Part shown: positions 29,214 to 40,620 of the stretch, in pieces
How the letters are laid out: each line of letters starts with the position of its first letter
Numbering within the stretch: the stretch's first letter is position 1
DNA from: Nitrospirota bacterium
GTDB taxonomy: Bacteria; Nitrospirota; UBA9217
NCBI GenBank assembly: GCA_963826885.1
Contig: CAWGYL010000002.1
Location: 129,756-193,755, forward strand
Length of the DNA: 64,000 nt
Direction: 5' to 3'
Translations under genes and position numbers: made by a program
The notes under the pieces: model-generated
Database searches by the model: none
Told to the model about the DNA's origin: nothing
The model's input: only the letters and a program-made list of their open reading frames with translations

Positions 29214-29784
29214 TGATGACCTCCCGAGGCGTTTTTTTACAGATTCGTGAATCTCTACTCAAGTATACTCTTATAAAATTATAGGAGGGGAATTTGCCGT
29301 GCATTGGCACTAACGGTTGCGTGCTATTATCTAACTTAAGTTTTATCGCTTTCCCGAACACTCGGGAACCACTGAGACAATATAAATTAGCGGTTTCGAT
29401 TTTGATGAGCGTCTTTTGCATTCCCAATTACGTAAAGCAGTACTGTTTATAGCTATAATCTCACATCTCAAATGTGGTGTCTTATTATTTTTCCCCGGGA
29501 TAATGTGAGATAATTATTTATTTCGATAAAATCTTCAACCTTTCCCGACAGAAACCTTCCAGCTAATCCGGCAAATCGTTCCAAGTAGAGTTACCTCTTC
29601 GCTGGAAGCGCACGAAGCATCTCGATAAGTAATCACTCCCCTGAAAGAAATCCGATTACCTAAGACGATAGCGATGACGCTCAAGCGGTGCTAAAATATA
29701 AACAGAAAGGGTCAATGTGATTCTCACGATAGGGCAGAATGAGTGCCCAATGGGGCTACCCGTTACGAAAGCGAGGTGAGCTAA

Positions 29785-30174
29785 ATGATACTCATGTATA
29801 TGCTGTTTGCGCTCACGGTTTCTACAGTCCTCACTGCGCTTATTTCGGCGCATATCCCACAGAACAGGGAGGGCGAGGCATTTATCGGTTTTTTTGTTGC
29901 ACTCATGGTGCTGGCATGGGCGGCGGATGAATGGCTGATTCCAGCCCTTACAGCTGGACATAAAACATCCTGGCTGCCGATCCTGCTCCTAATTATGTTC
30001 GGTTGCTTTTTCGCGGCATCCACAATCCTTTCGGTCAGAACACCCGGACCGCAGCAACATGCCGTGGTGAATCACGATAACAGAATCGGCGCGGAGGCGG
30101 TGGTCTTCGACCTTGTCCTCTGGTTTGCATTGCTGATCGTAGGAATTGCCGTATTGAGGTCTATCGGATTATAA
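29785..30174 (+). CDS. Small integral membrane protein, hypothetical
   Basis: Four predicted TM helices. RBS gaggtga. No recognisable motif. Confidence 0.3.
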   Translation: MILMYMLFALTVSTVLTALISAHIPQNREGEAFIGFFVALMVLAWAADEWLIPALTAGHKTSWLPILLLIMFGCFFAASTILSVRTPGPQQHAVVNHDNRIGAEAVVFDLVLWFALLIVGIAVLRSIGL

Positions 30175-30801
30175 TAGACTGTTAAAAGCGGTTTTAAACC
30201 GTCATCTTGAACGAAGTGAAGGATCTCACTTCTTTGAAAAGGCAAGATTTTTCTCTGTGCTCAGAATGTAAGAGTCCTTTTTTTGGACTTTTTAGCTGCG
30301 TTAGAGACGTTCCCATCCCTTTGGTGGCAATATAAGAATCAATGGACTGTGTACCAAGGAGGATTTTATTTGAAAAACCTGGGGTGGCCTCCTCGCTTGC
30401 CGAACACACATATCGATCGTCTCCAAATTTGTAAGCTCGCTATCGTCATCCGCATCCCAAAATTTGAAGTTGTAGATGTCCCCGAACACCTCCCTCATCG
30501 AGCTCATGCCGCTAGAGGATTGGGAATAGGCATTTCCCTCCGCCCTCTGCGAAGATTTTGCGAGCTATTCTCAATTTTCTTTCCCTTCATCCAAATACCA
30601 CTGGGGCACGGGCATTTCTGACATGATTTGCTGATACTAAAGAACCGTCAACCCGCTTTATCCCCCTTGACAATCATTTAACCGATGCTAACCTTTTATC
30701 ATATGGCCGGATTCGGTCAAGCCGCATGTAATATTCCCACTGCTGACTTGATAATCATGCTTTTCAAATCATAAGAATTATTATCATTACGGAGGTGAGT
30801 T

Positions 30802-31275
30802 ATGATCAGTCTTAAAGTCAATGGCAAAAATTATCAAGTAGATGTACTACCGGATGCGCCGCTGCTCTGGGTCATCCGGGAAGAGTTGAAACTTACGGGC
30901 ACGAAGTTCGGGTGCGGGATAGCACAGTGCGGCGCCTGCACCGTGCACATTGACGGCAAGGCGGAACGCTCCTGCCAGATTCCGGTAAAGGACGCCCAAG
31001 GCAAGAAGATCACGACCATCGAGGCACTCGGCGCTGAACGGGTGGGCAAGGCGGTCCAGCAGGCGTGGACCGCGGAGGACGTGCCCCAGTGCGGTTACTG
31101 TCAGTCCGGCCAGATCATGCAGGCTGCGGCGCTCCTCATGCACAACCCCAAACCTTTGGACTCTGACATCGACAACGATCTCTCAGGCAACCTCTGCCGG
31201 TGCGGCACATACCAGCGCATCCGCAAGGCCGTGCACCGTGCGGCCAGTATGCTGGCAAAAGGAGACAAACCATGA
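30802..31275 (+). CDS. (2Fe-2S)-binding small subunit of a molybdenum hydroxylase (IorA/CoxS-like)
   Basis: [13 protein letters not shown] (plant-type 2Fe-2S Cys cluster) plus CGYCQSGQ...CRCGTY (second cluster). RBS ggaggtga. Confidence 0.8.
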   Translation: MISLKVNGKNYQVDVLPDAPLLWVIREELKLTGTKFGCGIAQCGACTVHIDGKAERSCQIPVKDAQGKKITTIEALGAERVGKAVQQAWTAEDVPQCGYCQSGQIMQAAALLMHNPKPLDSDIDNDLSGNLCRCGTYQRIRKAVHRAASMLAKGDKP

Positions 31276-33437
31276 GCAAGATCATCAAGATAACCCGCCG
31301 TGATTTTTTAAAGACAGGGGCATTGGTCGGAGGAGGTCTGATACTCGGTTTTCATATGCCGGCGAGTGAGTCTTTCAGTGAAACACCGACGCAGCCAGCT
31401 ACACCCATTGTGCCGAACGCTTTCATCCGCATCGGTACTGACGACACCGTAACCATCATCGTTAACCATTCTGAAATGGGTCAGGGCGTGTACACATCGC
31501 TTCCAATGCTCATCGCCGAAGAACTTGAATGTGATTGGCGCAAAGTGCTAGTGGAGTCGGCTCCCGTGGATCCTGTGTACAATCACACCGCCTACGGCAT
31601 GCAGATGACCGGCGGTAGTAGCAGCGTCTGGAGCGAGTATGACCGGCTGCGTATGGTGGGTGCGGCGGCCCGGGAGATGCTGATCGCCGCAGCGGCCAAC
31701 CTGTGGAAGGTGAGTAAGACAAGCTGCCGCGCCGAGAAGGGAAAAGTAATCCACAGGAGCGGCAAATCCCTCACCTACGGGAAGCTCGCGGACAGGGCTG
31801 ATACCTTGCCCGTACCGCAGGATGTGACGCTCAAGGATCCCTCGAAGTTTAAGATCATCGGCAAACCGACGAAGCGCCTGGACACGCCGGAAAAGGTAAA
31901 CGGCAGGGCTATGTTCGGCCTGGATGTGAGCGTACCCGGCATGTTGACAGCTCTGATAGCACGTCCCCCGGTGTTCGGCGCAAAAGTAGTGAGCGTTAAC
32001 GCCGATAAGGCCAAGATTGTCTCCGGAGTTCAGGATGTGGTGCAGGTACCCTCAGGAGTGGCGGTGATCGCTTCAGGCTTCTGGCCGGCGAAGAAAGGGC
32101 GGGACGCCCTTGAGATCGTCTGGGACGAAGGAGACGGCGCGACGTTCTCAACAGCGGGCATGCGTGATCAGTATATGAACCTGGCTCAAACCCCCGGGAC
32201 GGTCACACGCAAAGATGGCGACTCCGCAGATGCCCTGCCGAAGGCGGTGAAGCAGGTCAGCGCCGACTATGAAGTCCCCTACCTATCCCATGCAACAATG
32301 GAAACCTTGAACTGTCTGGTTGATCTGCGCGTCGACAGCTGTGAAATCTGGACCGGTACGCAATTCCAGACTGTTGATCGGAATGCCGCTGCACGAGTTG
32401 CGGGGCTCGAGCCTGAGAAGGTCAAAATTCACACGACGTTTCTCGGAGGCGGTTTCGGCCGCCGTGCGAACCCCCGATCCGATTTCGTCATCGAGGCGGT
32501 GCAGGTCGCGAAAGCGGTCGGGAAACCGGTCAAGGTGGTCTGGACCCGTGAGGACGACGTTGCAGGCGGCTACTACCGCCCGATGTGGTACGATCGGATC
32601 GCCGCGAGGCTCGATGCAGGCGGAAATCCGGTCGCCTGGCGGCATACGATCGTTGGACAGTCGATTCTGAGCGGGACGCCGTTTGAACAAATGCTCGTCA
32701 AGAACGGCGTGGATGGGACGTCGGTGGAAGGTGCCAAAGACATTCCTTACGGGATCCCGAACATTCTTGTCGACCTGCACAGCCCTGAGCTCGCGGTACC
32801 GGTGCTCTGGTGGCGCTCCGTCGGCCACTCTCATACCGCCTTTGTCGTCGAAAGCTTCGTGGACGAGTTGGCAAACGCGGCCGGCAAGGACCCCTATGAA
32901 CTGCGCCGCATGCTCCTCGCCGGGCACCCGCGCCACCTCGGCGTGCTGAACCTCGCCGCGCAAAAGGCGGGCTGGGAGATGCCGCTGCCGAAAGGCCGGG
33001 CGCGCGGTATCGCTGTGCATGAGTCATTCGGCAGCTACGTCGCGCAGGTGGCAGAGGTCTCGGTGAGCCCCGCAGGGCAGGCGCGCGTGCACAAGGTGGT
33101 GTGCGCCGTTGACTGCGGAAGATTCGTGAATCCCGACACCATCAAAGCGCAGATGGAGGGGGGGATCGTCTTTGGCCTTTCTGCCGCACTTTACGGTGCG
33201 ATCACTTTCAAGAACGGTCGGGTGGAGCAGAGCAATTTCAACGACTACCCCATCCTGCGTTTGAACGAAATGCCCGAGGTCGAGGTGCACATTGTGACAA
33301 GCACGGAAAAGCCAGGCGGCATCGGGGAGCCGGGTGTGCCGCCGATTGCGCCCGCCCTCTGTAATGCGCTCTTTACTTTGACCGGTAAGCGCATCCGCCA
33401 GCTGCCTATTCGGGTTGAAGAACTGAAAATGGTGTAA
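31273..33437 (+). CDS. Molybdopterin-binding large subunit of a xanthine-dehydrogenase-family enzyme (IorB-like), Tat-exported
   Basis: Starts with a Tat motif ([22 protein letters not shown]). About 720 aa typical of isoquinoline 1-oxidoreductase beta / aldehyde oxidase MoCo subunits. Its ATGA start overlaps the small subunit stop. The ORF-track start at 31200 is probably too far upstream. Confidence 0.8.
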
Positions 33438-33856
33438 CTGAGGTGGCGTGAGCTCTTCCCAATTGTTGTGCAAGGTGGAGCGTTGAATGATTGCTGGGGG
33501 GCTAACTACCGCATTAGTGTCTGGCACTTGGTTCATCACTGGAACGTCTTCCGAATTCGGGCGGAACCTCACCGAACTTCAGATTGAGCGAGCATACATG
33601 GTTCATTTTCGTACCATGCGTTATTACCCTTGTGCTTTTTGACGTCACGCTATGGCTCGATAAGGAGCGAAAGATATTTTAGATACAGAATAAAAAGAAA
33701 ATATATATATATTTCAGACTTCGTCTTTCCCCGACTTGTCCTGTTTGATCTCAATCTTCTCCCCAATAGAATCATGAGATCAATAAAACGCCAGGACTCA
33801 GGCTTGGACGCATCAAGATTTGTGACATGTCCATTTCTCCTTCAGGAGGTTTTCAT

Positions 33857-33901
33857 CATGGAAGTCGGATTTATCGGATTGGGACGGATGGGTGCAAGGT
33901 G
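33857..33901 (+). pseudogene. Remnant 5' end (14 codons) of an NAD(P)-binding dehydrogenase gene (6PGDH/HIBADH-type N-terminus)
   Basis: aggagg RBS plus ATG encoding MEVGFIGLGRMGA, the classic GxGxxG Rossmann start of 3-hydroxyisobutyrate/6-phosphogluconate dehydrogenases, followed immediately by a stop. Downstream is about 550 bp of AT-rich non-coding DNA. Confidence 0.4.
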
Positions 33902-34459
33902 AAGGCTGGATGATCAGAATTGTTAGGGAGGTGAATAATTCTGTTTGAATTATGGATATTATGTATGGTTTTTCTGGCAACAAGTACTTCCTGCTGTTTA
34001 AGATTCCATTCATTGCAAAACATCAACTTTCAAGCTTAATTCTCAACCTGAATTCTGCATCATCGAAGGAGTTTGAATATCCGGCATATGACGTAGTTGA
34101 TAATATCATTAATCAAAACCGCTTCGATACCTGCTAATAACCTCATCACGATCAGTGCCTCAGCCCAAGCCTACTTCAAATCGTATGGGGAGATGTTAAA
34201 TTCTATTCATATCAGTATAATCATCTCCTTGATCATATAAAGACCCCTAAAAAATAATGGGTAGAGCTAAAGAATCCGCTCCGTTATTCCGATAAGAAAT
34301 GTGTAATATTACGTCTTATTTCTGTAACATCATTTTTTAGAATGAGTATTCTAGTCACTCGACAGTACGAGGTTATGCACACGCGGGGACTTTAAAGGAT
34401 GCCGCATTAGCTGGCTGTAGTAAGAACCAAAGCGACACCCCCCAGGTAAAGGAGGGCAT

Positions 34460-35425
34460 ATGATGAAAAGCTCACATAAATTGTGTTTAGTTGCATTGGT
34501 GTTCCTCGCCGCAATTTTACTGTCAGTCAATGCTTGGGCAGAGAAAAGAATCGGGGTTCTCATATTCAGTGACGAGACCCGCTATATAGAGGCGGCCAAG
34601 GGTATCAAGGATAAACTCTCCGAAGCTGGCTATACAGCATCGAATACGCATTATATTATCGAAAAGTCGGGCGCCAATAAGGCAAAGGCCGTAGAAATTG
34701 CGCAGAAATTCACTAGTGAAAAGTTAGATTTAATCATTGCCCTAGGCACGTCTTCCGCTGTGATCCTGGCCAAGGAAATCAAGGATGTGCCGATTGTCTT
34801 CAGTGTCGTATATAACCCCGTGGAAGCGGGAATAGCAAAGTCGTGGAAGAGTTCAGGCAATAACACAACGGGAACCACTACCGACATCCCCATGATGAAG
34901 ATTCTGGACAACCTGAAATTGCTGAGGCCGGTACGGAGACTTGCAGTGCTCTATACGGCGGGCGAGACGAACTCCGAGTCGTTGCTCAGGGACTTGCAAA
35001 ACATTCAAGCGAAAGCCGGGATTAGCATCATTCCGGTGCTTATCACCACCAAAGAAGACATCGACCAGCTGCTCCCGGAAGTACTGCGCACGGTAGACTC
35101 AATCTACATTTCCGGAAGCAATGTGGTGAACAGCCAGATCGTAACAATTGTGAACTTGACGACAAAGGCGAACGTAATTACCGTATCCCATCTTGAAGAC
35201 TTGATCGAGAAGGGAGTCTTGTTGGGCGTGTGCGCCGATCCTTACACCTCGGGACGGCTTGCCGGGGAGAAGGCGGTAAAGATCCTTCACGGAGCAAAAC
35301 CTTCTTCGCTTTCCATTGATGCCCCTACAAAATTTGATGTTATTATAAATATGAAAACGGCAAGGGAGGGAAAGTTCCCGCTCTCTTCTGAATTCATGAA
35401 AAGAGTGACAAAGAAGATCGAATAG
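34460..35425 (+). CDS. Periplasmic substrate-binding protein of the ABC_sub_bind (PF04392-like) family, probable sensor partner of the adjacent kinase
   Basis: Signal peptide. About 300 aa with RIGVL...IALGTSSA...YNPVEAG, a pattern characteristic of this family. A hybrid histidine kinase lies 40 bp downstream. RBS aaaggaggg. Confidence 0.6.
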   Translation: MMKSSHKLCLVALVFLAAILLSVNAWAEKRIGVLIFSDETRYIEAAKGIKDKLSEAGYTASNTHYIIEKSGANKAKAVEIAQKFTSEKLDLIIALGTSSAVILAKEIKDVPIVFSVVYNPVEAGIAKSWKSSGNNTTGTTTDIPMMKILDNLKLLRPVRRLAVLYTAGETNSESLLRDLQNIQAKAGISIIPVLITTKEDIDQLLPEVLRTVDSIYISGSNVVNSQIVTIVNLTTKANVITVSHLEDLIEKGVLLGVCADPYTSGRLAGEKAVKILHGAKPSSLSIDAPTKFDVIINMKTAREGKFPLSSEFMKRVTKKIE

Positions 35426-35466
35426 CAGCGCGGAAATTCGGCCGAGACCGGAAAGAATGGTGTCCC

Positions 35467-38106
35467 ATGGCGGTACGTCATAAGCATAAAAGTATACGGT
35501 ACAGATTCCTCAAAGATCTGTCGGTTATCCTCTTTATAAGCACTGTTGTTCTGAGTACGGTCATTGCAGTAAACGAGGGTCGGATGCTCAATCGGTCCCT
35601 TATTACCAAGGGTAGAAGTTTCGCATCCTACATAGCCAAACTCAGTAAGGATCCGCTGATCATGAAGGACAGCATTCAGCTTGATTCAATTGTCAGCGAC
35701 GCAAGCAAAGATGAAGATATCCTGTATGCCGTGATCGATGATGCCAATGGAAGCCTCACTACCTCCCAGTTCGCCAGTATCAATTACCGGTCTCCGCGAT
35801 TGAAGGCCATCCTGAAGGGTCTGCCGAAAGAGAGTGAACTCCAGAATATTATTGACGCCATCAGGAAGCGAGGGGCTGCAACGGAAGTTTCCATGCCTAT
35901 TTTTTCGGGTCTGTACAAGATAGGTGAAGTGACTATTTGCCTGTCGCAGTACGCCATCCACCGGCAGATCTTGAACACTGTGCTTTTCATACTCGTACTC
36001 AACATCGCCGTGGCTTTTATCCTCGGCTATGTTGTGTTTTCCGTGTCTAGACAGGTTCTCTTCAAACCGCTGGCTGAACTTGCCGGAGCGACGGATCGTC
36101 TTGCAAAAGGCGATCTCACATCCCGGATTACACTGCAGGCCGCCGATGAACTGCAGGTGCTGTTTGATAATTTCAACCGCATGGCCGAGGACCTTGACAA
36201 ATCGACGGTGTCCAAGGCATACATGGATAACATCATCGAGGGCATGATCAACACATTCATCGTGGCTGATCAAGAAGATAAAATCATAAGGGCCAATGCC
36301 GCGACTTGCAGTCTCCTGGATTACCGCGAAGATGAATTGAAAGGGAAACCCATTAACACGATTCTTGCAGGGAACGAAGCGGCAAATTATTTTCAGATAA
36401 AGACACTGCCGGTGGAGAAACGCATCAACATGCTTGAGGGCTCCTACAGGGCAAAGGGCGGTCAAATGATACCGGTGCTTCTATCAGTGTCTGCCCTGTA
36501 CGATGAGAAGAACGTACACCAGAGTACGGTTTACATCGCGCAGGATTTCACCGAGCGCAAGAAAACGGAGGAGTTGATAAAGCAGAACGAAATTTTCATC
36601 AAAAGCATCCTTGAAAGCGTGGATGAGGGTTTTGTCGTCGTAGGCAAGGATTACCGGATCATCTCGGCGAACAGGGCTTTTTGCGACAAGGCCGGGATGA
36701 CCATTGAAGATGCAATCGGCAGATACTGCCATGAAGTGTACCAACGCCGCACGACCCCCTGTTTTGAGGCCGGGGTGCAGTGCTCCGTGAAGCACACTCT
36801 CGAAACCGGTGAACACGCCGCATTTATGCATACACATTGCGATGAACACGGAATCCCAATGTACGTTGATACAAAGTCGTATGCCATGCGGGACGCCACG
36901 GGCAATGTGACCTCCGTGATCGAGATCAGCGTCGATGTCACCGAGAAGAAAAAACTGGAAGATCAATACCGACATGCGCAGAAAATGGAGGCGATAGGCC
37001 AGCTTGCTGGCGGCGTGGCGCACGATTTCAACAATATCCTGTCCGCGATCATCGGCTACGGTCACCTTTCTCAGATGAAACTACGCGACGACGATCCGGT
37101 GAGGCACTATATCGACCAGATTTTACAGTCTTCGGAGCGCGCAGCCGCTTTGACACAGAGCCTGCTCGCATTCAGCAGAAAGCAGCCCGCGAAAAAAGAG
37201 CTTCAAGAATTGAACTCAGTGATCAGGAATTTTGAGAAATTCCTGCACCGCCTGCTGCGCGAAGACATCGAGATGACGACCCGATACTCGATCGAGCGGC
37301 CCGTGATTATGGCAGATCGGGGACAAGTTGAGCAGGTGATCATGAATCTCGTTACGAACGCACGTGATGCCATCCCGGACAGGGGGAAACTGACCATCGA
37401 TACCAAGGTCAGTGCCATGGACGAGGCGTTTTTACGGGCTCACGGTTACGGCAAGGTGGGAGACTATGCCATGCTGTCGGTGTCGGACACTGGCGTTGGA
37501 ATGAATAAAGAGACCAAGAAGAGGATTTTCGAACCGTTCTTCACAACCAAGGAAATGGGAAAAGGGACCGGTCTCGGACTGGCTATAGTGTATGGGATCG
37601 TGAAAGCGCACGATGGTTTCATTAATGTGTATTCTGAGCCGGAGAAAGGGACCACCTTTCACGTTTACTTCCCCGTGGTCAGAACGACGAATGCCGTGCC
37701 TGAACTTGCGGAGCAAATTCCGGTCCCGCTCAAGGGTGGAAACGAAACGATCTTCCTCGCTGAGGACGACGCGAGTCTACGCAATATGACGTCGGTCGTT
37801 CTCCGGGGAATGGGATATACAGTGATCGAGGCGGAGGACGGTGACAGGGCGGTTGTCAGGTTCGGCGAGAACCGCGCAACAATCAAACTCGTGATTCTTG
37901 ATGGCATTATGCCAAAGATGAACGGCTTGGAAGCGTATCAGAAGATCAGCGCTCTCAACCCGAATATCCGTTGCATTTTCATGAGCGGCTATTCGGGAGA
38001 AGTATTCGCACAGAGCGGCTTGCCGAACGGCACGGAGTTCCTACCGAAACCGGTAAAGCCATCGGAGCTGTTGAGCAAGGTTAGGGAAATGCTTGACAGG
38101 GAATAG
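35467..38106 (+). CDS. Hybrid sensor histidine kinase (periplasmic sensor, HAMP, PAS, HisKA, HATPase_c, C-terminal receiver)
   Basis: Two TM segments bracket a periplasmic domain. HDFNNILSAIIGY is the H-box. DTGVGM...GTGLGLAIV are the G-boxes. The C-terminal receiver has ...LAEDD... and ...LVILDGIMP..., with the Asp in ILD. Confidence 0.85.
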   Translation: MAVRHKHKSIRYRFLKDLSVILFISTVVLSTVIAVNEGRMLNRSLITKGRSFASYIAKLSKDPLIMKDSIQLDSIVSDASKDEDILYAVIDDANGSLTTSQFASINYRSPRLKAILKGLPKESELQNIIDAIRKRGAATEVSMPIFSGLYKIGEVTICLSQYAIHRQILNTVLFILVLNIAVAFILGYVVFSVSRQVLFKPLAELAGATDRLAKGDLTSRITLQAADELQVLFDNFNRMAEDLDKSTVSKAYMDNIIEGMINTFIVADQEDKIIRANAATCSLLDYREDELKGKPINTILAGNEAANYFQIKTLPVEKRINMLEGSYRAKGGQMIPVLLSVSALYDEKNVHQSTVYIAQDFTERKKTEELIKQNEIFIKSILESVDEGFVVVGKDYRIISANRAFCDKAGMTIEDAIGRYCHEVYQRRTTPCFEAGVQCSVKHTLETGEHAAFMHTHCDEHGIPMYVDTKSYAMRDATGNVTSVIEISVDVTEKKKLEDQYRHAQKMEAIGQLAGGVAHDFNNILSAIIGYGHLSQMKLRDDDPVRHYIDQILQSSERAAALTQSLLAFSRKQPAKKELQELNSVIRNFEKFLHRLLREDIEMTTRYSIERPVIMADRGQVEQVIMNLVTNARDAIPDRGKLTIDTKVSAMDEAFLRAHGYGKVGDYAMLSVSDTGVGMNKETKKRIFEPFFTTKEMGKGTGLGLAIVYGIVKAHDGFINVYSEPEKGTTFHVYFPVVRTTNAVPELAEQIPVPLKGGNETIFLAEDDASLRNMTSVVLRGMGYTVIEAEDGDRAVVRFGENRATIKLVILDGIMPKMNGLEAYQKISALNPNIRCIFMSGYSGEVFAQSGLPNGTEFLPKPVKPSELLSKVREMLDRE

Positions 38107-38300
38107 CAAGAGACAAGAACGAGGAGTGAATGCCCGCCTCTCATCTTATATTCACAATTTACAAACCGATTTGTTGATTGTTTCAAAAAATGAGAACTAC
38201 ACGCTTGTAGGTGGATCTCGGAGAGCCAAGATTAGTCTACTACAGAATCTATACACCCCAATTCGCCTTTCTGACATTAGACAGAGTCTGTTTATTAATT

Positions 38301-38434
38301 AACAAAGCAATATATTCTAACCACCTATAGCGATGGGATATTCAAGGGTATTACAACAAATAGAGAATGGATATCGCACAACAAGATACATCTATAATTC
38401 TTCACCTCAATTAAATTATGATTTCTGAGAGATT
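38301..38434. repeat. 134-bp repeat R, copy 1 (direct repeat of 47569-47702)
   Basis: aacaaagcaatatattctaaccacctatagcgatgggatattcaagggtattacaacaaatagagaatggatatcgcacaacaagatacatct...atttctgagagatt matches 47569-47702 with 2 mismatches. Confidence 0.85.
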
Positions 38435-38650
38435 ATGCCAAGAACATATGCTTAATGCGTAATCGTGTCAATGATTCCGATGGAGTGTTTTAGAGTAGAT
38501 GTATGAGAATTCAAGTTCAAGTAAGCCGCTCCGCGGCAGAGAAGCAAAGACCGCTTCCTTCGCCTGTCCCATCTCGCCTGATTTTTTTTGAGTAATTTCC
38601 GTGCTACCATATTTCTCCATTGCAGTTCAATCTTATTTCACAAGGAGAAT

Positions 38651-39523
38651 ATGGTCATGGAAAACTGGTACGAGAAGTCCATCAATGCTTTGCAACTGAG
38701 CGGTATGTCCGAACGAACGCAGGCAAACTACACCCGCGCGGTGCGGCTGCTCACCGAGCATTACGGCAAGACCCCCGATCTCATTACCGAAGAAGAGCTT
38801 CAGGAGTACTTCCTCAATCGCAGGAATGTCAGCAAGTGGGCGCCCAACACCATGCGCATCTGCTATGCCGGGATCCGCTTCTTCTTTGAGACCGTACTTC
38901 AGCGCGACTGGCACATTCTCAGCATCATCCGGGCTCAGCCAGAACACCGGCTACCCACCGTACTCAGTACCGAAGAGGTGCTCAACATTCTCGCCCGAGT
39001 CTCTTCTCGTCGCAACCGCGCCTTCCTCTCCACGGTTTACTCCTGTGGTCTCCGGCTTCAGGAAGCGCGGTACCTAGAAACCGCTGATATCGACAGCAGT
39101 CGTATGATGATCCACATACGTAAGGGCAAAGGCGCGAAGGATCGTTACGTTCCACTTCCTCATGCGACGCTTGCCATTTTGCGAAAGCATTGGGATACAC
39201 ACAAAAACCCGAGGCTGATCTTCCCCTCACGGGTCTTACACGGCAAAAAATCGGATAGTCAGATCCCGGTCTCTATCAGCACAGTACAGAGAGCGCTCCG
39301 GGACGCGGTACATGCTGCGGGCATCCAGAAACGCGACGTTTCCATCCATACCTTGCGTCACTCGTATGCGACCCATTTGTTAGAAGCCGGTGTCAATCTG
39401 CGTGTGATCCAGCGGTATATGGGCCACTCCAGCCTTGAGACCACGATGATCTATCTCCATCTGACGACCAAGGGTCAGGATGATGCCTTCAAGCTCATCG
39501 ACCAGATCATGGTGGGGTTCTGA
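38651..39523 (+). CDS. Tyrosine recombinase / phage-integrase-family protein (orfA of the IS91-family element)
   Basis: R...HTLRHSYATHLLEAGVNLRVIQRYMGHSSLETTMIYLHL carries the R-H-R-Y catalytic box with the terminal Tyr. RBS aaggaga before the ATG at 38651. Confidence 0.8.
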   Translation: MVMENWYEKSINALQLSGMSERTQANYTRAVRLLTEHYGKTPDLITEEELQEYFLNRRNVSKWAPNTMRICYAGIRFFFETVLQRDWHILSIIRAQPEHRLPTVLSTEEVLNILARVSSRRNRAFLSTVYSCGLRLQEARYLETADIDSSRMMIHIRKGKGAKDRYVPLPHATLAILRKHWDTHKNPRLIFPSRVLHGKKSDSQIPVSISTVQRALRDAVHAAGIQKRDVSIHTLRHSYATHLLEAGVNLRVIQRYMGHSSLETTMIYLHLTTKGQDDAFKLIDQIMVGF

Positions 39524-39525
39524 TC

Positions 39526-40620
39526 ATGGATACGGTCAATGACATCTTCCGCACCTATGCCCCGGAGTACCTGACGCGGTTTGGTGGCGCTATCCCTGGG
39601 GAACATCGTAAGGCGATAACCGCGATTATCAACTGCCGCACCCCGGCCTCTGGAACGACCTACTTTCGGTGCGAATCGTGCGGGGAGCGGCACGCGATTC
39701 ACCGCTCCTGCGGAAATCGCCACTGCCCGACCTGCCAACATCATAAGAGTCAACAGTGGCTCGAAAAACAGCTTGATCGGCGTGTGCCGGGGCACCACTT
39801 CATGATTACCTTCACGGTGCCGGAACAAATTCGCCGGTTTATCCGGAGCAACCAGCGGGCGGCTTACGCCGCCCTGTTTTCCGCCTCCTCCGAAGCCATG
39901 AAAAAGCTGGTTCTCGACCCTAAGTTCATGGGCGGCGATCTGCCAGGCTTCTTCGGAGTCCTGCACACTTGGGGCAGAACGCTTGAGTATCATCCTCATA
40001 TCCACTATATCGTCGTAGGCGGAGCGCTCTCGTCTGATGACAAGACCTGGAAGCCCTCAGGAACCGGCTTCTATGTGCCGGTCGAAGCGTTGTCTCCCAT
40101 CTTTCGAGCGAAGTTCAAAGACGAAATGAAAAAGGCCGGTCTTTTTGATCAAATACCCGACGAAGTATGGCGAATTGACTGGAACGTAAACTCTCAGGCA
40201 ATTGGTTCAAGCGAGGCAAGCCTCAAGTATCTTGCCCCCTATGTCTTCCGGGTAGCCTTGTCCAACAGCCGTATCGTGAAAGTTGAGAACCGTCAGGTCT
40301 TCATTCGGTACAAAAAGACCGGGAGCAATCGCTGGAGGATGCTGGTCCTGGACGTAATGGAGTTTGTGCGCCGATTCCTCCAGCACGTGCTGCCAACGGG
40401 GTTCATGAAGGTGCGATATTACGGTTTCCTGAACGCCGCGTGCAAGGTCCCGCTTGAGAACATCAGGACGCTGATTGAGCTGGCTTATGGATTCGAGGTA
40501 ACAATGTCTGAAATCGAACAGATGCCGCCATTGCCCCGTCCAACCTGTGGAAGCTGCGGCGGCACGCTCAAAGTGCTTTATGTCTCTCTGCCGCATCAGC
40601 ACCTGGCACGCGCCGGATAG
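39526..40620 (+). CDS. IS91-family transposase (HUH endonuclease, Y2 type)
   Basis: N-terminal zinc-finger-like CxxC...HxxxCxxC (CESCGERHAIHRSCGNRHCPTC). HUH motif in HTWGRTLEYHPHIHYIV. The twin-tyrosine region YLAPYVFRVALSNSRI is present, as is C-terminal CGSCGG. Confidence 0.85.
   Translation: MDTVNDIFRTYAPEYLTRFGGAIPGEHRKAITAIINCRTPASGTTYFRCESCGERHAIHRSCGNRHCPTCQHHKSQQWLEKQLDRRVPGHHFMITFTVPEQIRRFIRSNQRAAYAALFSASSEAMKKLVLDPKFMGGDLPGFFGVLHTWGRTLEYHPHIHYIVVGGALSSDDKTWKPSGTGFYVPVEALSPIFRAKFKDEMKKAGLFDQIPDEVWRIDWNVNSQAIGSSEASLKYLAPYVFRVALSNSRIVKVENRQVFIRYKKTGSNRWRMLVLDVMEFVRRFLQHVLPTGFMKVRYYGFLNAACKVPLENIRTLIELAYGFEVTMSEIEQMPPLPRPTCGSCGGTLKVLYVSLPHQHLARAG

Larger units (their letters stand above)
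38588..40620 (+). mobile_element. IS91-family element (rolling-circle, HUH Y2 transposase) with an upstream tyrosine-recombinase-like orfA; ends not defined
   Basis: Two tightly coupled ORFs separated by 2 bp: an integrase-like orfA and an IS91/IS801-type transposase. The coordinates given are the ORF pair only. Confidence 0.6.

Noticed and set aside
32283-33027. 245-aa and 109-aa minus-strand ORFs inside the IorB-like gene
   Set aside because: Antisense to a gene with clear family motifs. Arg/Pro-rich shadow frames.
35686-36465. 259-aa minus-strand ORF
   Set aside because: Antisense within hybrid histidine kinase 1, with no motif support.
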